Assembly: GCA_035651435.1 (NCBI GenBank)
Contig: DASRFS010000054.1
Span: 1-56,406, forward strand
Length of the DNA stretch: 56,406 nt
Direction of reading: 5' to 3'
DNA from: Patescibacteria group bacterium
Lineage (GTDB): Bacteria > Patescibacteriota > Microgenomatia > Levybacterales > UBA12049
Shown here: one piece after another, positions 13,035-19,861 of the stretch
How positions within the stretch are numbered: the stretch's first letter is position 1
Layout of the letters: every line of letters starts with the position of its first letter
Program-made: the position numbers and the translations under genes
The notes under the pieces: generated by a model
Databases searched by the model: none
Told to the model about the DNA's origin: nothing
Seen by the model: the letters and a program-made list of their open reading frames with translations, nothing else

Positions 13035-13778
13035 TTATAAGAGGTATCTTATGAGCAATTTTCGGCAGGATGTAAGACTTGGAAGAGAATAATAATCTAT
13101 TACGCTATAATATAAATCTTTTGTTTGTTTAATTTTTTTCTCTTCTTGTTTATCTGAAAGTTGACCATATATCTCTTCGGTTACAAATCCGATGGCGCCC
13201 TCTACTAAATTATTAATTCTTTTATCATTTAAGCTCTTCAAATCGTTTGATTGGGAATATATATCTTGCTCAATTAATAAATAGGCAGTTAAATTAGCTA
13301 CAATATCTTTTTGTTTTTTGTTTCTTTGCTTAGCTTTAAATTTAAATCTAGCAATTGAGCCTAGATAACTTATGTGATCTTGTATTTCCTTGTAGGTATT
13401 TTTTACTGTATCTATGGACGTGTATTTATTTATCTTAATATAAAACCCTTCTGGTAATATTTGCTTCCCCCAACTGATAAATATAGGTAACTCTTGCTCA
13501 ATTCCTATATATTTATCGAATAAACATTGAGAGAATGCGTTGTCAATAAAAGCAAAATCAACACTAAAGTTATTACAAAGCGTAAGTATGTCTTTGGATA
13601 AATTACCCTGAGCATATAAACTACTACGAAGAGTTTTTTCGGAAGTATCTTCTAGCTGGTATTTTTTTACAAGGTGTTTTACAAGCAATTTAAATCCGGC
13701 TGTATTTTTGAGCAGGTAGCGACGTACAGTTTCATAGTCCCATTGCTCGATGTCTTTAGGTAGCTTACTATCTTGCAT
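13035..13778 (-). CDS. Hypothetical protein (247 aa)
   Basis: Largest cargo ORF of the element; no recognised motif. Confidence 0.5.
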   Translation of the reverse strand: MQDSKLPKDIEQWDYETVRRYLLKNTAGFKLLVKHLVKKYQLEDTSEKTLRSSLYAQGNLSKDILTLCNNFSVDFAFIDNAFSQCLFDKYIGIEQELPIFISWGKQILPEGFYIKINKYTSIDTVKNTYKEIQDHISYLGSIARFKFKAKQRNKKQKDIVANLTAYLLIEQDIYSQSNDLKSLNDKRINNLVEGAIGFVTEEIYGQLSDKQEEKKIKQTKDLYYSVIDYYSLPSLTSCRKLLIRYLL

Positions 13779-13980
13779 TGACGCATTATACCTCAGTTTA
13801 ACAATGCAGAGAATAATTTTATTATAGGTTTATTGTTAAGTGAAAATTTTATGTACGTGGCAGAATAATTTGAGGCTGATAAGTAGAAATAAAGCTCCCA
13901 GTACCCCTACCTTTTTTAAAAAGATTTTTATAGAAGTGTCATGTTTCACCTTTATTTTTTAATTATTAGGGTGTTGGAGA

Positions 13981-14337
13981 CTAGGGTTCATTCTCGTTTA
14001 TTTCTTCTATTATTTTCTTACGTCTAAGATACCATCCAACAGGAAATACTATGACTCCAGCAAATATAATATCGGAAATTGCATCAGACTTTAATAATGA
14101 TCCAGCCGGATAATAATTGTAAGGATGTTCCTTATCAAAAACAGCACAAGTAACATGACCGGTATCATCATAAGAAGTTTGAAGACAAGGATATCGCTGA
14201 ACATATAAACCATCCGGCGAAAGGTTAGTTATAACATCCCAAGAAGAGATAAGGAAAAATACAACAGTAAAAATTATAAAATATAACAAAATAGCTTTCG
14301 GATAGTCTTTGGAAGATTTTGGGTTTAGTAAATTCAT
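13981..14337 (-). CDS. Hypothetical 2-TM membrane protein with a Cys-containing loop
   Basis: TM segments AILLYFIIFTVVFFLI and IIFAGVIVFPVGWYL. Loop motif PCLQTSYDD...TCAVFDK resembles the loop of the 146-aa neighbour. Confidence 0.5.
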   Translation of the reverse strand: MNLLNPKSSKDYPKAILLYFIIFTVVFFLISSWDVITNLSPDGLYVQRYPCLQTSYDDTGHVTCAVFDKEHPYNYYPAGSLLKSDAISDIIFAGVIVFPVGWYLRRKKIIEEINENEP

Positions 14338-14372
14338 AAATGTCCTTACGATTAACGATTTCTATAAGTGCA

Positions 14373-14531
14373 TTATTTGGAAATCACTATGGATATTATT
14401 CCTCCTATTAATACAAGTCCTATAACCCAACCATAGCCTAAAAATATAGGTAATCCTGCTAGGTAAGTAATAGCTAATGATAGTATATAAATCCCCAAAC
14501 CAATTAAAGCTCCTTTTGCAAACTTTTTCAT
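14373..14531 (-). CDS. Hypothetical 52-aa membrane peptide
   Basis: Own translation MKKFAKGALIGLGIYILSLAITYLAGLPIFLGYGWVIGLVLIGGIISIVISK. Fills the gap between two membrane-protein genes. Confidence 0.35.
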   Translation of the reverse strand: MKKFAKGALIGLGIYILSLAITYLAGLPIFLGYGWVIGLVLIGGIISIVISK

Positions 14532-14546
14532 ATAACTAAACTATTT

Positions 14547-14987
14547 CTATATTTGCTTAGAAGGAAATAAATAAAGGTATAATCGCTTACCAATAAATTT
14601 CATGACAAAATAAATAATGGGTATAGCAATTGCAAAGTAAATATAGTTAATAAAACCATATTGGAACTCAACAAAAACCTGATCCCAAAAATGGGCATGT
14701 GTTACAAATATAATTTTCCCATTTGCATTGTATTGCGGACAATCAAATAATTTCTTATCAAATTCTCCCATTGAATCGGAACCGTACATACGAACTCTTC
14801 TATCATACGTGTTGACACAAGCTAAATAGCCTTTCGTATTATAATAACTTTCTTCCTTCCAGCCAGAATAAAAAGCATTTCCTACTCCTATTAATAAAAT
14901 AATAAATGGCAGGATAATTACAAATTTTTTTATAAGAATATGTAAACGTTTAATACTAAACTTACGCTTTTTATCTATATCATTCAT
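14547..14987 (-). CDS. Hypothetical 2-TM membrane protein with a Cys-containing loop
   Basis: TM segments FVIILPFIILLIGVG and YIYFAIAIPIIYFVMKF. Loop ACVNTYDRR...EFDKKLFDC parallels the 118-aa neighbour. Confidence 0.5.
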   Translation of the reverse strand: MNDIDKKRKFSIKRLHILIKKFVIILPFIILLIGVGNAFYSGWKEESYYNTKGYLACVNTYDRRVRMYGSDSMGEFDKKLFDCPQYNANGKIIFVTHAHFWDQVFVEFQYGFINYIYFAIAIPIIYFVMKFIGKRLYLYLFPSKQI

Positions 14988-15031
14988 ATGTTTCCATCAT
15001 AATCCATATCGTATGTTACGAATAAATTTAT

Positions 15032-15280
15032 TTAAGTTTTTATAGTCTTATTACGATTAAGTAGCTTCATAACAAAATCATATACAGCATAAACAATCGT
15101 AAAAACTATTAACCATGAAATAACATAGGTTGTAATATCAATTAAAATAACTAGAAGTGTTTGGTTAGGGTTCAAATTAAAATTATGTATCTCTTCAAGT
15201 ACAGCTGACATCCCAATGAACCACCACATTGCCCTATAACGCATCCTCATTCCCTTTTTAGCTTTTGGATCCTTCTTCAT
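15032..15280 (-). CDS. Hypothetical membrane protein (82 aa)
   Basis: Start set at the internal Met (MKKDPKAKKG...), which is preceded by GGAGGAG 8 nt upstream on the minus strand. Two hydrophobic segments. Confidence 0.5.
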   Translation of the reverse strand: MKKDPKAKKGMRMRYRAMWWFIGMSAVLEEIHNFNLNPNQTLLVILIDITTYVISWLIVFTIVYAVYDFVMKLLNRNKTIKT

Positions 15281-15381
15281 ATTATTCACTCCTCCCCATA
15301 GGGGATTTATCACATTCAGATTGTAAATAATCTTCCATAACAAGTTTATACTATCAATTCAGGCTAAATGATAAATTTTCT

Positions 15382-15418
15382 GGAATATATTTCCTGTTAA
15401 GAGTCTGGCATATATTCC
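15382..15418. promoter_or_regulatory. Two near-palindromic operator-like sites (consensus GGAATATATTCC) in the divergent promoter region
   Basis: ggaatatatttcc at 15382-15394 and ggcatatattcc at 15407-15418. The second abuts and overlaps a CATAAT -10 (15418-15423) for the XRE gene. Confidence 0.5.
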
Positions 15419-15432
15419 ATAATCTTGTCAAT

Positions 15433-15645
15433 ATGTCTACGAAGCCTACAAGATTAGGAGAGAAAATAAAAAGATTACGAAAATCTCAAAACCTCACGCA
15501 AGAAAAACTAGCAGAATTAGCCAGCGTTGATCCTAAAACTATAATTTCTATAGAGACAGGTGCAAGAAGAAACCCAACGCTCAAAACACTTAGTAAATTA
15601 GCAAACGCTCTTGGAGTTAAAGTAAAAGATATTTTCCCTTTTTAG
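15433..15645 (+). CDS. XRE-family (Cro/CI-type) helix-turn-helix regulator
   Basis: LGEKIKRLRKSQNLTQEKLAELASVDPKTIISIETGARRNPTLKTLSKLANALGV is a textbook HTH_3 domain. Confidence 0.85.
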   Translation: MSTKPTRLGEKIKRLRKSQNLTQEKLAELASVDPKTIISIETGARRNPTLKTLSKLANALGVKVKDIFPF

Positions 15646-15832
15646 CTAAACCCTATTAAAACATCAAATCTAAGACCTTGATTAACCTCCTTGTGAGGAG
15701 TTTCTCTAGAGTATTACGAGAGGCAGGTAGGGGTATAGCTTAAACGTTATTCTACGTTTCAATTATTCAAAATTTGAAGGGGAACAAGTTTAATTTTAAA
15801 TTAAGCATAAATAATCTGCTGTAAATAACGAG

Positions 15833-15892
15833 AAGGAATGTCTATTGGTTCATAGGGTTTTAACCACTCATAGGTTCTGAATACATTGCCCA
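15833..15892 (+). other. Degenerate remnant resembling the 3-prime half of tRNA-Asn (putative displaced half / far junction)
   Basis: aaggaatgtctattggttc vs tRNA aagcgaatggttcttggttc (16 of 20 with one gap). After a ~27-nt insertion, gaatacattgcccagagc vs gaatccaagtcgcggagc (12 of 18). Hand alignment only. Confidence 0.35.
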
Positions 15893-15915
15893 GAGCGAGC
15901 AAATTATCTTATAGT

Positions 15916-15945
15916 TTGACATTAATCTAGCTCCTTTGTTAAAAT
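15916..15945 (+). promoter_or_regulatory. Promoter (TTGACA-18 nt-TAAAAT) ending 7 nt before the ATG
   Basis: TTGACA at 15916-15921 and TAAAAT at 15940-15945, with the ATG at 15953. Confidence 0.5.
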
Positions 15946-15952
15946 CGCCACT

Positions 15953-16249
15953 ATGACAATCAAGGCTCAAACGACATTCAAAATTCCCTTTATTGAAGGA
16001 GAATTTAATTGGACAAGAACCCTAAGAGATGGAAGCACGATAAGTGTGCTAGATGACCAGAATGCTAAAGGAGTAGTATGTATTGTAGACGATGGTGAAC
16101 ATAAATATGTTACTGTTTTTGAAGATGGATATCAAAAAAGAGTTCCACATGAACAAATAAACTTAGTAATGCAACACCCGCTAAGAACAAGATTTGGCGA
16201 AATAAAAATCTGGTACGAACCAACACTCCCTTCTCAAGCCAGAAAATAA
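15953..16249 (+). CDS. Hypothetical protein (98 aa)
   Basis: ORF with its own promoter; stop codon lies inside repeat copy A. Confidence 0.5.
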   Translation: MTIKAQTTFKIPFIEGEFNWTRTLRDGSTISVLDDQNAKGVVCIVDDGEHKYVTVFEDGYQKRVPHEQINLVMQHPLRTRFGEIKIWYEPTLPSQARK

Positions 16250-16276
16250 TTTCTAACTTCCTCCATCAGGCGGGAG
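16243..16276 (+). repeat. Cassette-end motif copy A (aaaataatttctaacttcctccatc + short hairpin)
   Basis: First 25 nt are identical to copy B and include the TAA stop. CTCC...GGAG hairpin. A half-copy tatttctaacattc lies at 16353-16366. Confidence 0.7.
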
Positions 16277-16382
16277 CCAACTAACATAATCAGCTTATGT
16301 CTGAGAGTTCATTTATTAATGCCCTTAGCCGCTTCAGCCTATTTATAAGCATTATTTCTAACATTCATATACAATAAACTTA

Positions 16383-17585
16383 ATGAATAAGCGCATAGTA
16401 TTTATACTTGCTATTGTTATTTCTGCCTTTAGTTTTGCCGGTTGGCAGATCTATAAAAATAGTAAATCTGTTGGTAACCGCGCCAGCAATAGCGGCTGCA
16501 AAGGTGCTGGTCCCGCCACTATCACCGCTTCGCCAATAGCAATTTCGGATATTTTGTACATCCAGCCAACCGGACTAGAGAATGGAGGTCATGTCACTCC
16601 AATTGACCACGGTTACTTTTACATTAAAGGTACTAAGACCAATCCTCCCACCCAAGCGCCAGTATATGCGCCGTTTGATGGAATTATTACTAGCGTATCT
16701 AGGACTGTCCGCAGAGGCGATGTCGCATCCGGATTGACAAACACATACGACGATTACGCCGTGAGCGTTGATGCCACCTGTACTTTTCGGGTACGTTTTA
16801 GCAACATGGTCAGGCTTGCCGGTGGGTTAGGTGATGCGGTCGGTCAACTGAATGATAATCAAAACAAGAGCCCCGCTTACGACGTTAAAGCCGGCGAGCT
16901 AATCGGCTACACCGGTCTGCCGACTGCTCAAGGCATAGATGTTTGGGTAGAAGACGATAACTCAACTCTAATAGGTTTTATTAATCCAGATCAATATACC
17001 AATGCCGAATCCTGGAAAACTCACGTTGTAGATTTATTTGACCACACTGCCGAACCGCTCAAAAGCCAATTGCTGGCGCTAGATTTACGCGATGCTTTAC
17101 CGCGCTGGGGAAAAATTGATTACGATATCGACGGTAAATTAGTTGGCAGCTGGTTTAAGCAGGGCACCGGTGGTTATGGCGGCGGTTTCAATGGCCAGAG
17201 CAGCGACTATTGGAAAGGCCATTTGTCTATAGTACCGGACGGCAACGATCCGACATGGACGGACATTTCATTTGGCGACTACCAGGGACGACCCGCACAG
17301 TTTGCGGTAATCGGCAATAGTCCTGACCCGGCCGGAGTTGATCCATCTACCGGTTTGGTTAAGTATCAGCTTGGACGAATTGAGCACTATTCGGCTACCA
17401 CCGGCGAGATTTGGGACGGGGGGGCTTACGTGCCACATATACGAACCCGGGCGGGTGGAAATGTAGAAGGAACTGTTTTAATGCAAATGATCGGCCAACG
17501 GAAACTTGAAATGGAAATCTTCCCCGGAAAAACCGCTTCTCAAGTTAATGGTTTTGATAATTCTGCTTTAGTCTACGAAAGATAA
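16383..17585 (+). CDS. Secreted/membrane-anchored protein, possibly a LytM/M23-like barrel domain (tentative); compositionally foreign
   Basis: N-terminal TM/signal IVFILAIVISAFSFAGW. Segments HVTPIDHGYFY, APFDGIIT and AGELIGYTG are reminiscent of M23-type domains but lack the HxH motif. Clearly higher G+C than the neighbours. Confidence 0.45.
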   Translation: MNKRIVFILAIVISAFSFAGWQIYKNSKSVGNRASNSGCKGAGPATITASPIAISDILYIQPTGLENGGHVTPIDHGYFYIKGTKTNPPTQAPVYAPFDGIITSVSRTVRRGDVASGLTNTYDDYAVSVDATCTFRVRFSNMVRLAGGLGDAVGQLNDNQNKSPAYDVKAGELIGYTGLPTAQGIDVWVEDDNSTLIGFINPDQYTNAESWKTHVVDLFDHTAEPLKSQLLALDLRDALPRWGKIDYDIDGKLVGSWFKQGTGGYGGGFNGQSSDYWKGHLSIVPDGNDPTWTDISFGDYQGRPAQFAVIGNSPDPAGVDPSTGLVKYQLGRIEHYSATTGEIWDGGAYVPHIRTRAGGNVEGTVLMQMIGQRKLEMEIFPGKTASQVNGFDNSALVYER

Positions 17586-17587
17586 GA

Positions 17588-17815
17588 ATGGATAGAAAAA
17601 GTAAGTTTTTTGAAAATACTAAACGCTCAATTACTAAAGCTGTTACCTTTCGTCTGCTTATTTTAGTTTCTGACGGAATTATAATATATACTATTACACA
17701 TCGTTTTGATGTTGCATTAACTGTTATTTTCTTTTCAAATTTTGCAAGTACCATACTTTACTTTATGCATGAGAGAATTTGGAATAACATTCATTGGGGG
17801 AAAATGATAAAATAA
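17588..17815 (+). CDS. DUF2061-like small membrane protein
   Basis: RSITKAVTFRLL...ILYFMHERIWN pattern typical of DUF2061. Start is 3 nt after the upstream stop; stop lies inside repeat copy B. Confidence 0.6.
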   Translation: MDRKSKFFENTKRSITKAVTFRLLILVSDGIIIYTITHRFDVALTVIFFSNFASTILYFMHERIWNNIHWGKMIK

Positions 17816-17842
17816 TTTCTAACTTCCTCCATCGGGTGGAGG
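17809..17842 (+). repeat. Cassette-end motif copy B
   Basis: aaaataatttctaacttcctccatcgggtggagg, with the CCTCC-atcgggt-GGAGG hairpin. Confidence 0.7.
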
Positions 17843-17854
17843 CATAATAAAACT

Positions 17855-18019
17855 ATGCAAGTTAATAAAATATTGGGCGTTGTTATAGTGCTTCTTTTAG
17901 TAGTTGTTAACTGGTTAAGTTTCCACGATATTTTTGAACAACATACGCTTCGAGAATGGTTGACCCTTTTAGCTTCAATCCTTATTTTCTTCTATTTTAT
18001 TAAAGAACTTAAGAAATGA
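17855..18019 (+). CDS. Hypothetical 54-aa 2-TM protein (paralog of 19862-20032)
   Basis: Own translation MQVNKILGVVIVLLLVVVNWLSFHDIFEQHTLREWLTLLASILIFFYFIKELKK. ATGA overlap with the next gene. Shares W-x-SF-x-x-I-x-E with the 19862 ORF. Confidence 0.5.
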   Translation: MQVNKILGVVIVLLLVVVNWLSFHDIFEQHTLREWLTLLASILIFFYFIKELKK

Positions 18020-18282
18020 CCTTATTACCCTTTTTAGCTTCAATCTCGGGAACTGTTTTGGGCCTTTCAGGGTTTCCGCAAGTGATAAAAATCTTTAAAA
18101 CCAAAAGCGCAAAAGATATAGCGCCACTGACTTACCTTATTATCGAAATTGGTTCAACTATTTGGATTCTCTATGGGCTTGAGTTAAAAATCTTTCCAAT
18201 TGTGCTTGCAAACATTCTCGGTTTTACTACAACCAGTTTAATATTAATTGGATATTATCTCTACGGAAGAACCGGAAAATAA
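18016..18282 (+). CDS. SemiSWEET / PQ-loop sugar transporter half-unit
   Basis: 88 aa, 3 TM segments, PQ motif (GFPQVIKIFKTKSAKDI). Confidence 0.7.
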   Translation: MTLLPFLASISGTVLGLSGFPQVIKIFKTKSAKDIAPLTYLIIEIGSTIWILYGLELKIFPIVLANILGFTTTSLILIGYYLYGRTGK

Positions 18283-18286
18283 CTCT

Positions 18287-18595
18287 ATGATTAAAGATAT
18301 TTCAGGCGGTGTAGCGCACAAAGTTCCAGCGGATTTATGGAAAGCTCTCACTTCCGATAAAAGAGCACAAGCAATATGGGAGGATCTTACGCCTCTTGCA
18401 CGTAATGAATGGATATGCTGGGTTACTTTTGTCAAGAAAGACGAGACGAGGAAAAAGCATATAAAAAGGACGATTAGCGAACTCAAGGAAGGTATGCGCC
18501 GGCCGTGTTGCTGGTTGGGCTGTATTCATCGCACGGATAAGCCAATAAGCCCTTCGGTGAAAGCAATACTTGATAGGCAACGCAAAAGTTTCTAA
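18287..18595 (+). CDS. YdeI/OmpD-associated family protein
   Basis: LTPLARNEWICWVTFVKKDETRKKHIKRTISELKEG matches the YdeI C-terminal domain pattern. Start set at MIKDISGG. Confidence 0.65.
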   Translation: MIKDISGGVAHKVPADLWKALTSDKRAQAIWEDLTPLARNEWICWVTFVKKDETRKKHIKRTISELKEGMRRPCCWLGCIHRTDKPISPSVKAILDRQRKSF

Positions 18596-18613
18596 CATCT
18601 CCATCGAGTGGAG
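18584..18613 (+). repeat. Cassette-end motif copy C (diverged)
   Basis: aaaagtttctaacatctccatcgagtggag. The TAA inside ttctaac is the stop codon of the YdeI-like gene. Confidence 0.6.
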
Positions 18614-18625
18614 TTGCGTTTAGCT

Positions 18626-19267
18626 TCAATTCATCGGGGTTTCTCTTAATATTCTTGATATCTCCTCTTCCAGAGTTGAAGGCTCTTTTATTTTTACTGC
18701 AAGGTCTTTTCCTACCTGAAAAAATGCTAACGATCTTTGTGTCGCATCATCTGTCCGATCTAAATTTCTTGGAGTAACTTCCTGCCTTGCAGTCAATGTA
18801 ACAAATTCTCTGAGCTCCTCTAACCTATCGAGCATTTCCATGCTGTCATGGGGAACAGTTAACAGTGACCGGGAAAGACCCCAAAAATATCGAGGTTGTT
18901 GCGTCCAATGGGCCATTTGGGACAAAATTACAAGAGTTAACCCATATGATTCAAGGGATTTTACATGCGGAAATTCTGTCTCTTTGCTTCCCGTTATTAG
19001 TTCTTTCCGACCCATAATTCTTTCTAATCCCTTTTCTCTTACCTGTGTTCTTATTAAATCTCGAGAAAGCAAGAATCCTCTTGTTGTATCGCTTATAAAA
19101 GTTAAGGTTGGGCCTCCGAAGTAGTTTATTGCGTAACGTGTATCCTCACCATCAAATAAATCGCCAAAATAAATAGGGAGAAGAGTTCCTGTTTCGTGGA
19201 CGACTTTTCTTGGGGATTCGTTTGAATCAAGATGTTCCGGAACAAAAGGGTGGATCCTTTCTGTCAT
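18626..19267 (-). CDS. Hypothetical protein (213 aa)
   Basis: Long ORF; no recognised motif. Confidence 0.5.
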   Translation of the reverse strand: MTERIHPFVPEHLDSNESPRKVVHETGTLLPIYFGDLFDGEDTRYAINYFGGPTLTFISDTTRGFLLSRDLIRTQVREKGLERIMGRKELITGSKETEFPHVKSLESYGLTLVILSQMAHWTQQPRYFWGLSRSLLTVPHDSMEMLDRLEELREFVTLTARQEVTPRNLDRTDDATQRSLAFFQVGKDLAVKIKEPSTLEEEISRILRETPMN

Positions 19268-19389
19268 GCCTATTAAAACTTACATACTTGTTTAATTATT
19301 GTCAATAGGAAATCCCTCATAAACCAATTTGCGCCAAATTTGACTTTTTTCTCTTTTTGGATCAGTCTTAAATTAAGGAGGTGATCTTG

Positions 19390-19581
19390 ATGGCTGAAAA
19401 AGACATGTACCGACATAGTGGAGCGCATTTTCTTCTCACGTTGGGACTAGTTGCTATTGCCTACGGCGTAGTTCAGTGGGCACGAGCAATGTATAATCTT
19501 CCAGATTACGGTGCTTGGATTCTAGGAGGGGTTTTATTAATTCTGGTCTGGTGGATTAAAAAAACAATGTGGATGAAATAA
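19390..19581 (+). CDS. Hypothetical small 2-TM membrane protein
   Basis: Start set at ATG 19390, preceded by AAGGAGG (19374-19380). Hydrophobic segments LLTLGLVAIAYGVV and WILGGVLLILVWWI. Confidence 0.5.
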   Translation: MAEKDMYRHSGAHFLLTLGLVAIAYGVVQWARAMYNLPDYGAWILGGVLLILVWWIKKTMWMK

Positions 19582-19596
19582 AAAGGAACTAGCTTA

Positions 19597-19637
19597 AATT
19601 CTAGAAAAATTATATAATCTTGGTGAAATCTAGAATT
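19597..19637. promoter_or_regulatory. 9-bp perfect inverted repeat bracketing the csp -10 box
   Basis: aattctaga at 19597-19605 and tctagaatt at 19629-19637, with TATAAT at 19613-19618 between them. Confidence 0.4.
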
Positions 19638-19660
19638 AAGAAAGGAGGCAATCAAATAAT

Positions 19661-19858
19661 ATGGAAGGAACAGTTAAAACAAAGACTACCAGAGGATTTG
19701 GGTTTATTTCCCGCGAAGGAGAAGCCAAAGATCTTTTTTTTCACTCTAATGACTTAGTCGGTGTTACATTTGACGAACTGCAAGAAGGAGCAAAAGTAAC
19801 TTTTGATGTTGTTGATGGAGAAAAAGGACAAAGTGCAAAAAACGTAAAGCTCGCTTAA
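19661..19858 (+). CDS. cspA: Cold-shock domain protein
   Basis: RNP1-like RGFGFI and RNP2-like LFFHSND, 65 aa. AGGAGG at 19643-19648. Confidence 0.85.
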   Translation: MEGTVKTKTTRGFGFISREGEAKDLFFHSNDLVGVTFDELQEGAKVTFDVVDGEKGQSAKNVKLA

Positions 19859-19861
19859 GCA

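Larger units (their letters stand above)
10535..15832. mobile_element. Integrated element of about 5.3 kb at tRNA-Asn (large serine recombinase + ORFan cargo + XRE repressor)
   Basis: Recombinase gene overlaps the tRNA 3-prime half. Composition is markedly more AT-rich than the flanks. A decayed copy of the tRNA 3-prime half at 15833-15892 suggests the far junction. Boundaries are approximate. Confidence 0.55.

Noticed and set aside
16243-18613. Interpretation of the repeated ttctaac-containing motifs as integron attC sites
   Set aside because: ttctaac resembles the inverse core RYYYAAC. However, no matching GTTAGAA-type core lies 50-150 nt downstream, the hairpins are only 4-5 bp, and no IntI-type tyrosine recombinase or attI is present. 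I kept the observation as a generic cassette/REP-like finding instead.
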